Source: Octopus vulgaris (lineage: Eukaryota). Taken from it: DNA of 64,000 nt. A program made the translations under genes and the position numbers. Within the stretch, counting starts at the first letter, position 1, and every line of letters starts with the position of its first letter. Below, in pieces: positions 51,788 to 64,000 of the stretch. A model generated the notes under the pieces. The model was not told the DNA's origin. It made no database searches and worked only from the letters and a program-made list of their open reading frames with translations. The DNA is taken from assembly GCA_951406725.2 (NCBI GenBank), contig OX597817.1:4898001-4962000 (forward strand). Reading direction: 5' to 3'.

Positions 51788-54230
51788 TTCTAGAATGAGA
51801 TAAAGAAACCAAGGCTGCGAATGTTATAGAACATTTATAAATAGGTCTTACAACTGTTTCCAGGATATTTATTATATTCCTTCATCGGAGACGGTGTGAG
51901 AAGATGGTTAAGCAATAGTTAATTTAGATAAGATAAGAAATGGAGAATGAAGTGGAGGAATGAAAATAGATGTGCGACATGCTGGTATATTGCATTTGTA
52001 TATCCAATATTTGGGGAGAATGGTATACATATAAGATTCCAATACCTTGTGAGTAAATTCCAGTAGTATTTATTGTAAATTCCAATGGTATTTAAAATTG
52101 TTCATTCCAAGTATAGAATGTGTACACAGTGCTATTGAATCGAAGGTTTTATTTAAAGTGGCCTAAAAGTAGGGAATGTATTTGTAAGGTCAAATCGAAA
52201 ACAGGAAGAGAGTAAAGAAAGAGAAAGAAAAAAAAGAAAAACAATGAGAGAGATAATAAAGAGATGAAAACGGAAAGTGTTCAAGATAGTGGTCAGACAA
52301 GATAACTTGAAAGTAGGAATGGGGAGATGAGGATGTAAAAAGATGACAGGGTAAAGAATAAAGGAGTGTCAGATAGAAGGAATGCTGGTGATTGAGAGAG
52401 AGAGAGGTATAACAGTGTAAAAGGTAAAGGAGTGTCAGTTTTGTAGGGATAGAGTCTAAGTGATGGGGCAGAGAATTGGGTAGTAATATGGTGGAATGAA
52501 TAATTTAGGAATATAGAGTAGGTGGTTGGGCAGGTCAGTGCTTAGTAGTGGAAGAAAATATATATGTGAAGATGCATATATTAGACATTTATGTATATAT
52601 TTATATAGATATCTATAAATATCAATATGTTCATATACAACTCGTACTCATATGTATATGTACACATGCTCACCCATATATACGTGTATCTGTATGTATA
52701 ATAGCCCCTGTACATGCTGGTATATATACTTTGCATACATACATTCACACATACACACACATATATATACACGCACATATGCATGCACTGATATGCACAC
52801 GTGTATAATTAGATGGTTGTGATATTCGAATATGAGTGAGATTAGGAGACAAAATGTAGATTTATAAGTTTATTGGAATCACCTAAGGAGTACTGTGGAA
52901 ATATAATGTATGGTCGTTCAGGCTTTTGGATTTGTAGTAGAATTTGAATGTGTGAAAAACGCGGTGGTTGCATGTGCTTAGTGACTCGTTATGTTTATTT
53001 AGCAGTGCTGGAGAGTTGTGCTTTAATATGTGAAGTGCCTCATTCGGACAAAACTTGCTGGTTGAGCATTGACATCAGTAGGGAAGCCCTGAAACCTGTA
53101 TGAACCATGATAGATTATAGGGTATATTTGTATTTTTGAGATGATGCATGTGGTTGACGAGTGTTGTAGATTGACTATGTTTATCGTATCTATAAGAATG
53201 GAGGTGAGCGTCATATCGGTGCTTAAGATTTTTGGTTGATCCTATGTATATGGCTGTAGAGTTGAGTAATAGATTAATGGCGGTGCATGTGTAAATTACA
53301 TTATATCGTCTGCAATGGGTTTGTAACGGGCAGATGGTTCTAAGATGACAATTGCAATTAGGTGAATTTCGGAGAATGTGTTCGAGAATAGAGGATGTAA
53401 TATCTTCAGAGGAGAGGTTAGAGACGGGGGTAGATTCTAGATTATTAGTATTATTAGCGTTATCATTACCATCATTGTTATCATTAAAATTTTTGTTATT
53501 AATTGTACTATTTGTAAGGGTGTTAGAGATTGTGGTGGTGTTCAGGGCAGCGTCAGTAGGATGGGTTGGGTTGTGGTCTAATGTAAGGGTATCTGTGCTG
53601 GAGGTGTGTTTGTGTTGAATGTTCCTATGACTAGAGTTGTAATTATGTGAGTGTTGCTAGTAAAGAGAAAGCTTTTGCTTATTAGAGGCTGCTACAATAG
53701 ATTTGAAGATGGGTGGGGTAGAATAAGATAGATTTAGGGTGGGTCGATTAAAGATAGGGAAGTTAGAAGAAGTCACAGTCTAGTATTTTAAAGAAGGATT
53801 TAGCTAAATTATTAGCGTTAAGTGAGAATGGGAGTGTGTGCCATAGAATAGAGCGTCCGCCGCTATTTTTAGCGGGTATAGTAGTGCTATCTAGGTTTTT
53901 AGATAAAGGAGTGCTATCTATATTTTTGGAGAATGTATGTGAGTGGCGAGGCCTGTTGTTGTTAGCTGTTTTAGCTGTTTTAGCTGTTTTCGTTTTTGAC
54001 TTAGTGTTAAATGAATGTCTGTTGGGTCTAGGTTGCCTAGGTGTAAGACCTGCCAGGGTTCCATCGACGGGTGTGTGTGGTTGGTTGCGATTGTGATGGT
54101 TGGTGTGTGTTTGAGATGTGATTTGAGATATGTATTGTTTGAGCCTGGTGTTATGAATGCATTCTATTTGTTGGGAAAAGCCGCTAGCGGCGAGTGCCTT
54201 TAGTTTCTAACTGCTATTAAGTCACCCTTT
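51782..54230 (-). mobile_element. degenerate Penelope-like element with pLTR next to (TA)n
   Basis: hammerhead at 51845-51892; strand-biased decayed coding-like sequence (KALAASGFSQQI near 54190, N/T-rich linker); no intact ORF. Confidence 0.55.
51845..51892 (-). ncRNA. minimal hammerhead (core CCGAUGA)
   Basis: minus strand: gtct CCGATGA aggaatat..atatcctg GAAAC agtt GTA agac. Confidence 0.6.
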
Positions 54231-55906
54231 AAAATGTGTTGTTTACACTTTTACCGTTTTAGAAATCAGCACACGTTTTCAACCCATTTTATCTATTTAT
54301 CTATATATCTCAATATTAAAATAAAACCATGAACTGCTGTATTTCAATGAAATTACGTAGAAGGTTATTCAGTTATTGAATCCTCAGAAGTAGACTTTGA
54401 GAAAGAAAATGATGTTTGTTTATAGCTGTGTGGATATGTTTTTGCACAGACCGTTGCGTGATTGTAGAATTGATTATGATTCAAGGTTATTAGTTTCGTT
54501 TATCGATAAGTATAATTTATATTTGCTTTAAACCTTACACATCTATTGGTGTTTTAGTGTATTATTTCTGATATTGATATTGATTCATTTACAATGCTGG
54601 AGATTGTTGAATCTTGTTATCGTAATTGCTATAGCAGCGCTGCAGCAATGAATCATTTAGAGAACTATAGACTACATAATGATACTTCGTGTTTAAATAG
54701 CAAACCACTTCTATAAATAAATTTTCAGAAACAACGTACGTTTTCGTAAAAGGCACCGAGCCGAATGATGTTTAGGTCTGAGAGAAAAAGCTTCTAGAGA
54801 GTCAGTCATACTGCAAGTCGTATTAGTAAAGCGCCACTTAAATTGAAAAACATATTGTTCTGCAAAAAGGAAGATAGAGGCAAACGTATTTTATATACAA
54901 AAATACGACTTCATCGGAGTAGAAATTCATTTGGTCATAGGATTTCTCAATCAGTATCGAAATACAACCAACGACACCTACAGTATTAAGAGGAGTGCCA
55001 AGAACAACGACGGACGCAATAACGAGAGCAACAACAACAACAACAACAACAAGATTCACGTCTAAACACAATTTTTATTCTAACAGAATCACCAGAATTC
55101 TACAAACTGAAGCTCTATAGAGATATGTAGGTTCCTAGTTCATTGAAATTTAGATCTGCCTTAGGACTGAAGAACAATAACTACAATAGCAGCAACAACA
55201 GAAACAAATAACTGCATAATTTTGAGAAACTTCTTGGTGTTTGCTTACAGATAGAATATCTGATATGAGAAGAAATTCTGAGTAAAGGACTGTTATGGAG
55301 AGAAATCCTTAGTAAAGGACGGATATGTTAATCTTGTATGTGTACTATATCTAGTAAGTAGAAAACTTTCGATAATCTGAGATTATCTTTGTCATGGGAA
55401 CACAGAAAATTGTAGGAGATTTTGAAATCTAAAAATAACCTGACCTTTCAGTTAATCCACTTTGCTTCTAAATAAGTAGAGTTAGGTTCGAATCTGTTCT
55501 TTAAAACCAAATGATAAAAACGGCATTGTATTCCAATCTTGTTTTACTTCATTAGTAAAGCATAATTAATGCATCCCAGAGTAGAGTATTTGACATTTCT
55601 ATAATTGGTGTTCAGTCCCTTAAGTATAAGACGCGATATAGGGAATGATTTTGCAGCTCTGTTTTTCCTCTATTCTTAATTAATTATTACCCAGAATTGT
55701 TTTTTAAAAATGTTTTCGCCATTATCCGTAACTTCCAAAATTTTTTGGTCTCCCATCATCCTACACAAAAAAAATTTCTTTACATGTAGAAGCGCGAATC
55801 ATTGTAAAAGTTGTCGGTATATGATCCAATAACCGACAGCCAACATAATGTACCCTTAAATTCTCCTGTCTCTTATATTTCTTCGAACCTTGATATTTAT
55901 TTCTCT

Positions 55907-55994
55907 TATTTCCTGATGAAGGGGACATTGTCAGTTGAAATTGAAGGATTCATAACTTGTAGACAAATAGACTCCAGAAACGGCCGTCGAAATA
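55907..55994 (+). ncRNA. type I hammerhead with long stem II and GGCC palindromic loop III, in a pLTR-like fragment ending at (TA)n near 56162
   Basis: tatttc CTGATGA [57 nt] GAAAC ggcc GTC gaaata. Confidence 0.7.
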
Positions 55995-56159
55995 CATCAT
56001 ATATTGTGCTATAAGCATCTATAGACATTTCGTTAGAACTCTTAAAGCAAATTTATCCTTAGTATTTCTCTGACTTTTAACTCCATCATTATGATCTCTC
56101 TCTGCCATCGATGCATCTTCTACTTTTTAATTCCTAATTCACATAGCGTGTGGTGTATG

Positions 56160-56211
<52 letters not shown>

Positions 56212-56599
56212 CCACACTACTGTCCACCACTCTACTAAGTGAGCTATCTCCTGGCTCGATTTCAGTGCAAGTGCAGCTGTTGGAATGGCTTTAATATTTC
56301 TGTGTGGGTAAGTAATGAAATCACATGATATCCTTCACTGACATACATACATATTGATTAATGTACAAATATATCAGAACAGAAAGAAGAACAAATAATT
56401 GAAGAGAACTAGTTCCACATCTAATTCATGCAAACCGATAGTGCTGGAAGCAGAGATCGCGGACAAATGGAAGCCTAATCCCAGAAACTTATGCACAAAT
56501 TATAGCCACTTAGTGGTAAGCGAGTGAAATGAATTGGATAAAGACTAGATTTGATGAAATTCAGGTATAGTGAAATGGCGAATATATACAAATCTTGAT

Positions 56600-57230
56600 A
56601 GATTTCCAAAGTGAACACAGTAATCAAGCACCAATGGAAGCATTATGGTACTCTATGCCCTAAGAAGTCCAGGCAAAGTTAGTCCACCGGGAAGCTCATG
56701 ATGATCCACTTTTTCGACCGCATTTGCATCTATGTACATCCATTGGGTTTCCTCAGACCAAGAGGTCAACAAAGAGTAATTTGTGGAGATTTTGAAGGAG
56801 TCCATTAAGAGATTCCATCACAAAAGTTTGGAACTTTTTCACTCGGTTCTGTTGCACCTGCATCAAGGCAATGCACAGGTCCATAATTCCATTCTGGTAA
56901 CCAACTACTTGGCAGAGAGAAACGTAAAAATTGTCGCCCACCCTCCATAGAGTCTATGACTTGCAGCCTGTAATTTTTGGTGTTTTTCCCAAAATGAAGG
57001 AGAACTTCAGTGGCAGTCATTTTGCTGACATTAAGAAAATGACCGTGGCTGTAGCAAGGAGCAGGGACACTTTTACTCTGGAAGACTTCCATGGAGTCTT
57101 CACTAATCTGGAGCATTACAACAAGTGCATTGAAGTCAGAGAATCCTACCGTTAAGGCGATTAGAATTTTGTACTTCTTCCAAAATAAGTTTCTCCTAAA
57201 GATGTCTAAAAACTTTTTGAATGTACCATG

Positions 57231-57232
<2 letters not shown>
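56600..57232 (+). pseudogene. mariner transposase relic with right TIR
   Basis: remnants GKLMMIHFFD, LH..NA..H, HPP.S.DLAAC.F..FPKMK (YSPDLAP motif); ends aactttttgaatgtacc then TA. Confidence 0.75.
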
Positions 57233-57304
<72 letters not shown>

Positions 57305-57399
57305 AGGAAAATACGATTTTAATTTGAACACTATGCAGATATTCTTTTAAAAAACCGTTTCTTTTCATTTTTCCGAAATTTAATTGTCTTCCATACTTA

Positions 57400-57435
57400 C
57401 AGTTGAAAAAGTCTCAATGACTGAAACCGGTACTG
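57400..57435 (+). ncRNA. degenerate minimal hammerhead in a ~185-bp insert (57302-57485) between (TA)n tracts
   Basis: cag TTGAAAA agtc-tcaat-gact GAAAC cg GTA ctg. Confidence 0.5.
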
Positions 57436-57484
57436 AAATGTTTTTTATAAAATTATTTTAGCATTTTCTATCTTGACTTTTTCC

Positions 57485-57571
<87 letters not shown>

Positions 57572-57576
<5 letters not shown>

Positions 57577-57720
57577 GGGTTTCATTCAATTTCTGTCTGC
57601 CAAATCAACACACGAGGTTTCGATCAATCCAGCACAAGAAAGAAGTACCGCACGAAAGGGACTGAACCCGAAACCACATGCGTCAGAAGCCAAGTGTTTA
57701 CCACTAAGCTTGCGGCTATA
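57572..57720 (-). mobile_element. decayed SINE fragment (family of 17080-17480)
   Basis: tttctgtctgccaaatcaacacacgagg..gggactgaacccgaaaccacatg. Confidence 0.55.
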
Positions 57721-58792
57721 TAAGACTGAAAAGGAGATAAGTCCTAGCCTGTTATTGCAAACTAGTATTGACAGCAAGAAACTAATTATCTTACTATGTC
57801 CCAAGGTAATTGTTTTCTAAACAATGCAGTACTTTAGTTTCAATTGACATAATCAAACCACTAGTGACTATTCTGTCGGCTGCAGTGGAACATAAATAAT
57901 AAAATATGCAGATTGCATTGTTTAGATATATGGCAGAAGGAATCGATGGGAAGATTTCGTCCCAGGCTGTATTTAGTGACGACTCATTATGCAGAGATCA
58001 ACTTTGCCTTTTAACTTTCGTAGGTTGAAATTATCTCCAAGTCAATTGCCACGGCTATCATTCGAAAGTATTCTTTCAATCAAATTTATGTTTGTGGAAC
58101 AACTATCCAAATCTCAATTTTATCTCACCTTAACATCATGCAGAATAGACTTATTATCTAACACGTACGATAATATATTTTTTTTTTTTCTGAGAAAACC
58201 TCAATAGAAAACAATCCTTAGTTATTTCGTTATAACTTTTGAATATAGGTTATTTTGAATAAAATAGATCTAGGGTCGAGCAAATCGCAAGTTACCCCAA
58301 ATTACTTCGAAATTGAGCTGATTCATGTGACAAAATATCGTCATCCAATAACATCATATCAATAAAATTTGGACGAATTATTATATTCATTTCTGAATAT
58401 TTGTAGCAAAATTACCAATGATTAAAAAGTTGATTTACAATGAATAGCAGGCCGAATAAGAAAGGATGGTTAACTAAACAGATTTTCCAAAACGGAACAA
58501 AAGTTAATATAATTATCGTATTCGATTACCTTATCCATTTTCGAAATCTGATTACATGACGGAAATATTTCACAACAGAAGTGTTGGGACAAGTATATCA
58601 AAGAATAGATCCAATTTTTCCTCTGCGTGTCGTAAAAGGCGTCTAAAAGAGCTTGAGGTAAGATTGGCACTCCGATCTCGTAAAACCGTCATCAGCAATC
58701 AATGGACCATAGGTTGAAGAGTTGGCCCCTGAGCCGTGTAAAGTTGTCACTAATAAAAAGGTGGATGCAGCGACGCTCTGTTAAGTCGCATG

Positions 58793-58863
58793 AAGAAGAA
58801 GAAGAAGAAGAAGAAGAAGAAGAAGAAGAAGAAGAAGAAGAAGAAGAAGAAGAAGAAGAAGAA

Positions 58864-58894
<31 letters not shown>

Positions 58895-58983
58895 AAGAAG
58901 AAGAAGAAGAAGAAGAAGAAGAAGAAGAAGAAGAAGAAGAAGAAGAAGAAGAAGAAGAAGAAGAAGAAGAAGAAGAAGAAGAA
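58793..58983. repeat. (GAA)n, about 63 units with one TAA interruption
   Basis: direct inspection. Confidence 0.97.
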
Positions 58984-59829
58984 TCGGTTGCGCACTGTAA
59001 TCGATGTATTCGACTTGCCTCCTCCCGACAAAATTTCTGACCTTGCGCATATCTATATTTTGGTCAAGTCAGATTCTTGCTACCCAACGTTTTATAAGTG
59101 GGTGTTCGGCATCTTCAAAAACGTTATGTTTCTTGCAAGAAAACCTTGTGTACCCACAAGGGAAATTAAGTGTAGTAAGAGACTGACTTGAGCAAAATAA
59201 TGTATGTGTTACGATAAAGAGCAGAAATTCTCATGGGATTCTTAATGCAGAAATATGGTTTTATCGTTAACAAAATAATTGCTGACGTTACTACGAAAGA
59301 CAAAGAAATAATGTTTACACCGAGATAGTCCGAAGCTTAGTGATGTTGGACTAAGTATGCTACTAGTTGCAGTCGGTAGTTTCTTGATGCTGGTTGGTTA
59401 CGGTGTGTTGTTGCCGCTGCCGTCCACTGTTCTTGTATTGCTTTGGTCAGTTGCTGGTTCACAATGACTGCCTGTTGTTTCTCTCCGTCTGTTTGCAGTC
59501 TGATTCTACTGGCCAAACTTCGCTGAATATATAGTGATTATCTTAATGAGAAAATGTACGTCATAGATGTTATTGATATGAGATCCGGTTTCACATGAAT
59601 TCTCTAATTATCAGATTTTTTGACGACGCTAGTGATATTTTAGTGAATGACAATCGTGTCCTTTACTTGTCTTTTGTCGATTTTCTCTCTGGTGATCCGG
59701 GATCAATTTTTAAGTTTTACAATTGCTTATTATTTCTGTTACTTATCTATGATTTTTCTTCGAGTTTAATTTCAGTTCTTCAGAGAGTTCGAGCCGGTCG
59801 CTAACAAAGCAACAAGACTTTTAAGTAAA

Positions 59830-60505
59830 GAAAATTCCCAGTGTTTCCAATTATGTGGTTGAGTTTGTATATTGATTGAACTGTCGATACGTACACCCAA
59901 ATATGTGCATCTATTTACATAAGTATCTCACAATGAAAATTTTTGGAATGTCTTACATATATTCGTTGTGCCACTAATAGATTCGATGTGGAGATCCGGC
60001 TCCAGTTTCTTGTGCTCTTTTTCCTGGACATTTGATCGCGCATTCACATCTGCTGGGTAGCTGTCTGTTACGACAGTGTATGAATTTTGTTCTCTGGTAT
60101 GTTTGCACCGAATAGATGATTTTAGTGGGGTGTTCCACCAAGATTACTTGTTTTTAAGCTGTGAATACCTGCTTGTTCTGATATGCCTTTGACGAATAAG
60201 GCATAGTAGTCCTTCCTATGGTTGGCATTGCAAATAGTATTTGCAACTACATATTGCCTCAGGGGCAGGCATTATGGAGCAGCTGCTTGTGATATGGGTG
60301 ATATATTCTACACTGGATAAGCAGAGCTGACATATTTTATTACAAATTGGAGGTTTGATGGATATGTATCTCTAGTTTATCAAGTATTTAGTAGATATTT
60401 CTTGTTACTTGATAGCGAAGGTAAGTCCCTCTAGGTTGGTTGTAACGAATCCATCGCAGGTCCAGGAGAGTTCACTCTTCCTGTCAATGTTGTTGTTGTC
60501 CTCTA
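59830..60505 (-). mobile_element. decayed RLE LINE related to 23790-24903
   Basis: minus remnants CQLC..VEYITHITSSC, WWNTP, PADVN; adjoins (CATA)n. Confidence 0.55.
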
Positions 60506-60611
60506 ACTTACGCATGTATCTATGTATTTATGTATGTGCATGCGTGTGTATGCATGAATGTATACATGTATGTATGCGTGTGTGTATGTATGCATGTATG
60601 TATATATGCAT

Positions 60612-60930
60612 GATGGTGCATGAATTATTGGTTAGGTTATTCGGCTCACATTCGTAACGTTACATGTTCGATACTCGGCGCCGCATTGTGTCTTTCAGCA
60701 AGCCACTTTTTTTCTCATTGCTCCAGTCGACTCAGCTGTTAAAATGAGCTGTACTTCTAATTCAAGGAGACAGGCTTGACACATTGTATGTCATGCTGAG
60801 TCTCTCTTATAACGACGGTAATGGTATGCGTTTCTGTGGAGTTTTTGACCTTGCAGGTTAATTTCCCGAGTAGGTTATTCTGTCGATCGAATCAGTTGGA
60901 ACACTCATCGTTGTAACCGACACAGAGCTA
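60612..60930 (+). mobile_element. old tRNA-SINE (family of 14652-14970)
   Basis: ttggttaggttattcggctcac..gttcgatac..ctccagtcgactcagctg..gttgtaaccgac. Confidence 0.7.
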
Positions 60931-61320
60931 GCATTATCTTTGTCATATTCAGTTTCATATAAATATTTCTTGTCAATAGAGAAAGATCCGTTTCCTAAAC
61001 AAGATCCAAGGCTCTTTGATAAGAATTTCAACTACATGAACTGGTTATATTTGTTTGTATGTATGTATGCATGTGTGCAGATTTGTATGTACATATTTTT
61101 ATGTTTTGTTTTATGTATGCATTTTTATGCATATAGTTGCATATAGTCTATACATGCTCATATATGGTTAAATGATAAAATTCTGAAAAGGTTTGCAGAT
61201 ATTTACTGTTCTAGTGATGACTTAGATCTGTAGTCTTCGAATCCTCTTTCTCCTTATATACATATGTATGTATGTATGCATGTATGTGCGTTTGCGTATG
61301 TGTGTATGTGTGTGTGTGTT

Positions 61321-61406
<86 letters not shown>

Positions 61407-62200
61407 AATGTATGTATTTCGACAATCTCTATTTCGTAGCCCCGTGCGCTATTTTGTCGAAACTCGATTATGAAATATATCTTTCTCGGTAATATTTTGA
61501 ACCCGGCCCATTGACAGTTCTTTACTTAATAACCAACCAGTGTTGCTAGTTTTTAAAAACCTAGACTAGGAATTTACAGTTGCATCCTCCTAACTCCAAG
61601 CAAATAAATATTGATACTACCACGGGTGGAATATAGCATCCACTACAACCACACAAGATGCAATGACATATTTCCCAATGCAGCTTCACGTGTAACGTTT
61701 AAAAATATGATGTGATGATCAAAGCTGACACAATTTGGTAGTCCTCTGGGACGGAGAGGAATTGTTGTTTCGGTGAGATAGGCATGAACGGCACAACAAA
61801 CACAAAACAAGAAACAACAACAACATTAAAAGAATTCACTAAAGAACAACACATACATATCTACATTATCTTTGGTACTATCTCCAATTACGATAAATGC
61901 TTAGCTAAAACTAACAAGAGCAATGTAATAACATAGCATTGCAGATTACAGTCACTGTCGTCTTTATTATTCAATCATAAATTTGGTTTGTATATTTCTC
62001 TATGCGAACCAACTCCCAACATGGGCAACGACAAAATATTGCGGAATTATTTCTTTTACATATCTAAACACGAATTTATATTTATCTCATATGATTGAAA
62101 TTAAATTCGAATTCTATTAATCAAGATGTTTTCCACGTATCCCAAGTATTTTAGCATTCACTATCTACATTAACCTCTTTCTCTCTCTCTCTCTCTCTCT

Positions 62201-62241
<41 letters not shown>

Positions 62242-62320
62242 GGTCCCGGGTTGAGTCGGGGTTAACCACAGTAAATAAGGTACTCAATACATAGCAGAGT
62301 AAATTAATTTATTTTATAGA

Positions 62321-62377
62321 AGGAGCTTCTACAGGACTAGAACTGTTTCATTCAAGAGAAATCATCAGGAAGCTCCT
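62321..62377 (-). ncRNA. type I hammerhead (GUA site), 9-bp stem I
   Basis: minus strand: aggagcttc CTGATGA tttc-tctt-gaat GAAA cag-ttctagtc-ctg TA gaagctcct. Confidence 0.75.
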
Positions 62378-62430
62378 GAGCTTCCTGATGATTTCTTTTG
62401 AATGAAACAGTTCTAGTCCTGTAGAAGCTC
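62378..62430 (+). ncRNA. type I hammerhead (GUA site, predicted cleavage after 62423)
   Basis: gagcttc CTGATGA tttc-tttt-gaat GAAA cag-ttctagtc-ctg TA gaagctc. Confidence 0.75.
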
Positions 62431-62437
62431 CTTCTAT

Positions 62438-62530
<93 letters not shown>

Positions 62531-63599
62531 ATATATTTATGTGCCTATACGGTTTTTATTGCGCCTGCCTGCCTACATTAACTTTATAATACATACACAC
62601 AGACACAGACCAATGCAAAACACACGCACACAAGTACACACACGAGCACACATATGTTTACATGGAATATACCCAGCATATATCTGAGAATATCATAGAT
62701 TACGAGAGGGCTCAATGCAAAAATATGTATACAGTATACTTTAATGAGTTAACGAGAAAATGTAACTTAGCCTTCATCTTTTCCATAAGATGCATATAAC
62801 CAGATTCAAATTATATAAGGCTAGGCTATGAAAAGTCTACACTCACCAAATAACCTTACACTAAAATAAATATTAAGATTGGATAGGCAGTTTATAATTG
62901 ATACGTTGGTTGATAGATACTTAATTGGCCATACATATCTATCCGCATTTCAAAGTGCTGCATAAAACTCATTATTCATATGGTTACACTCGCACAGAGA
63001 CGCACCCAATGACAGAGAGAAACTGGAGGATGGTTATAAAATTTCTGCGCGTTTAATTTACATTCCTAGCTGCGAACATCTTTGATATTTTTTTCACACA
63101 TAGATAAGCTCTATCATATCTCAATAAATCCTCTTAAGAATTTTACTCATGTTATCAATGTTTGATGGATTAAGAGCTTTTCAATGTTTGTAGAATTTAG
63201 AATTTAGAATGCTAGAACATAACAGATGTTTGATTTGTTACAAAAATATTTGCCATCTATACTTTTCTTAATTTCACATTGTTTCGATTCTAAGATATAT
63301 GAGGCCAATCAGACGGAGAAATTGTAATGTTCTTACATTTCTTGAAATATTATTGTTGCTTCCTAAGTTAATATACTGTCAAACATGTCATTAATATTCT
63401 ATAAGAATTCAAACTGTATTTGAAGTGTTACTGTACGGTATTCTACTCATTGATATAATGATACGAATTTATAGATTTCTGGTTATGAAATGACTGTTCA
63501 GCGTTATTAATGAAATTATTTGAAATACCATATTTGCTCGCTAAGCTATTTCTTTTAATAGCTTAGTATTGAGGAAATGACAGTATCCATAGCTTTTGT

Positions 63600-64000
63600 A
63601 GGGTCATCGAGACCTGTTTCACGAGTACTTTAATATTCCGCTCAAATTCTCTAAGTTGACGACAGCGGAAATGGCATGGGAGGAGCTGGAATTAGAATGA
63701 GGGCATGAAGCTAGGGGACTTAGCTAGGAACAGGCTCTTGGAGGCTGGAAATATCATTGGTTGGTGAGAGACTTACAACTGTGTTGAGAGTGCCTAAGTT
63801 GGGTTGCATGTGGTCAGCATGTAGAGGCTAATGTATCAGCAGTAACGAGACAGTGGAGGGTGATAAGCTTGTAGGCCAGTGACTGGTTCGAATCTACGAG
63901 AAACTTTATTCTACTGGACACTGCTCATGGAGCAAAACATGATGTGTAGTGGAGAATGGGAAGATTCTACAAAGTTGATTGTGATGTTTGGAAGGCGGTA
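63600..64000 (-). mobile_element. possible decayed CR1/L2-type APE endonuclease fragment
   Basis: higher GC; minus strand starts YRLPN (YRSPN-like) with weak later motifs. Confidence 0.3.

Larger units (their letters stand above)
62240..62442. mobile_element. short pLTR-like insert in (TA)n with 65-bp inverted repeat (62311-62375 / 62378-62442)
   Basis: arms differ at one base; 2-nt spacer. Confidence 0.85.

Overview
AT-rich, microsatellite-dense eukaryotic non-coding DNA, most likely Octopus (inferred from cephalopod-type tRNA-derived SINEs). I see no host gene exon; most ORF-track hits are translated microsatellites. The window is a patchwork of mobile DNA: Penelope-like elements (RT thumb plus GIY-YIG) in (TA)n, R4/Dong-type restriction-like-endonuclease LINEs in (TAA)n and (TACA)n, Tc1/mariner, hAT and Helitron relics, MITEs, a solo LTR, SINEs and a ~2 kb 22-bp minisatellite. 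The main unannotated signal is a set of type I hammerhead ribozyme motifs, read by eye at about ten loci. They include two non-coding, circularly permuted ~350-nt and ~490-nt units that look like non-LTR retrozymes (10458-12059) and a head-to-head hammerhead hairpin (62311-62442). A second highlight is a 2.2-kb ORF1-only (HAL1-like) L1/Tx1-type element inserted with a TSD into the tRNA head of a SINE. All structures were derived manually, with no searches or folding runs.
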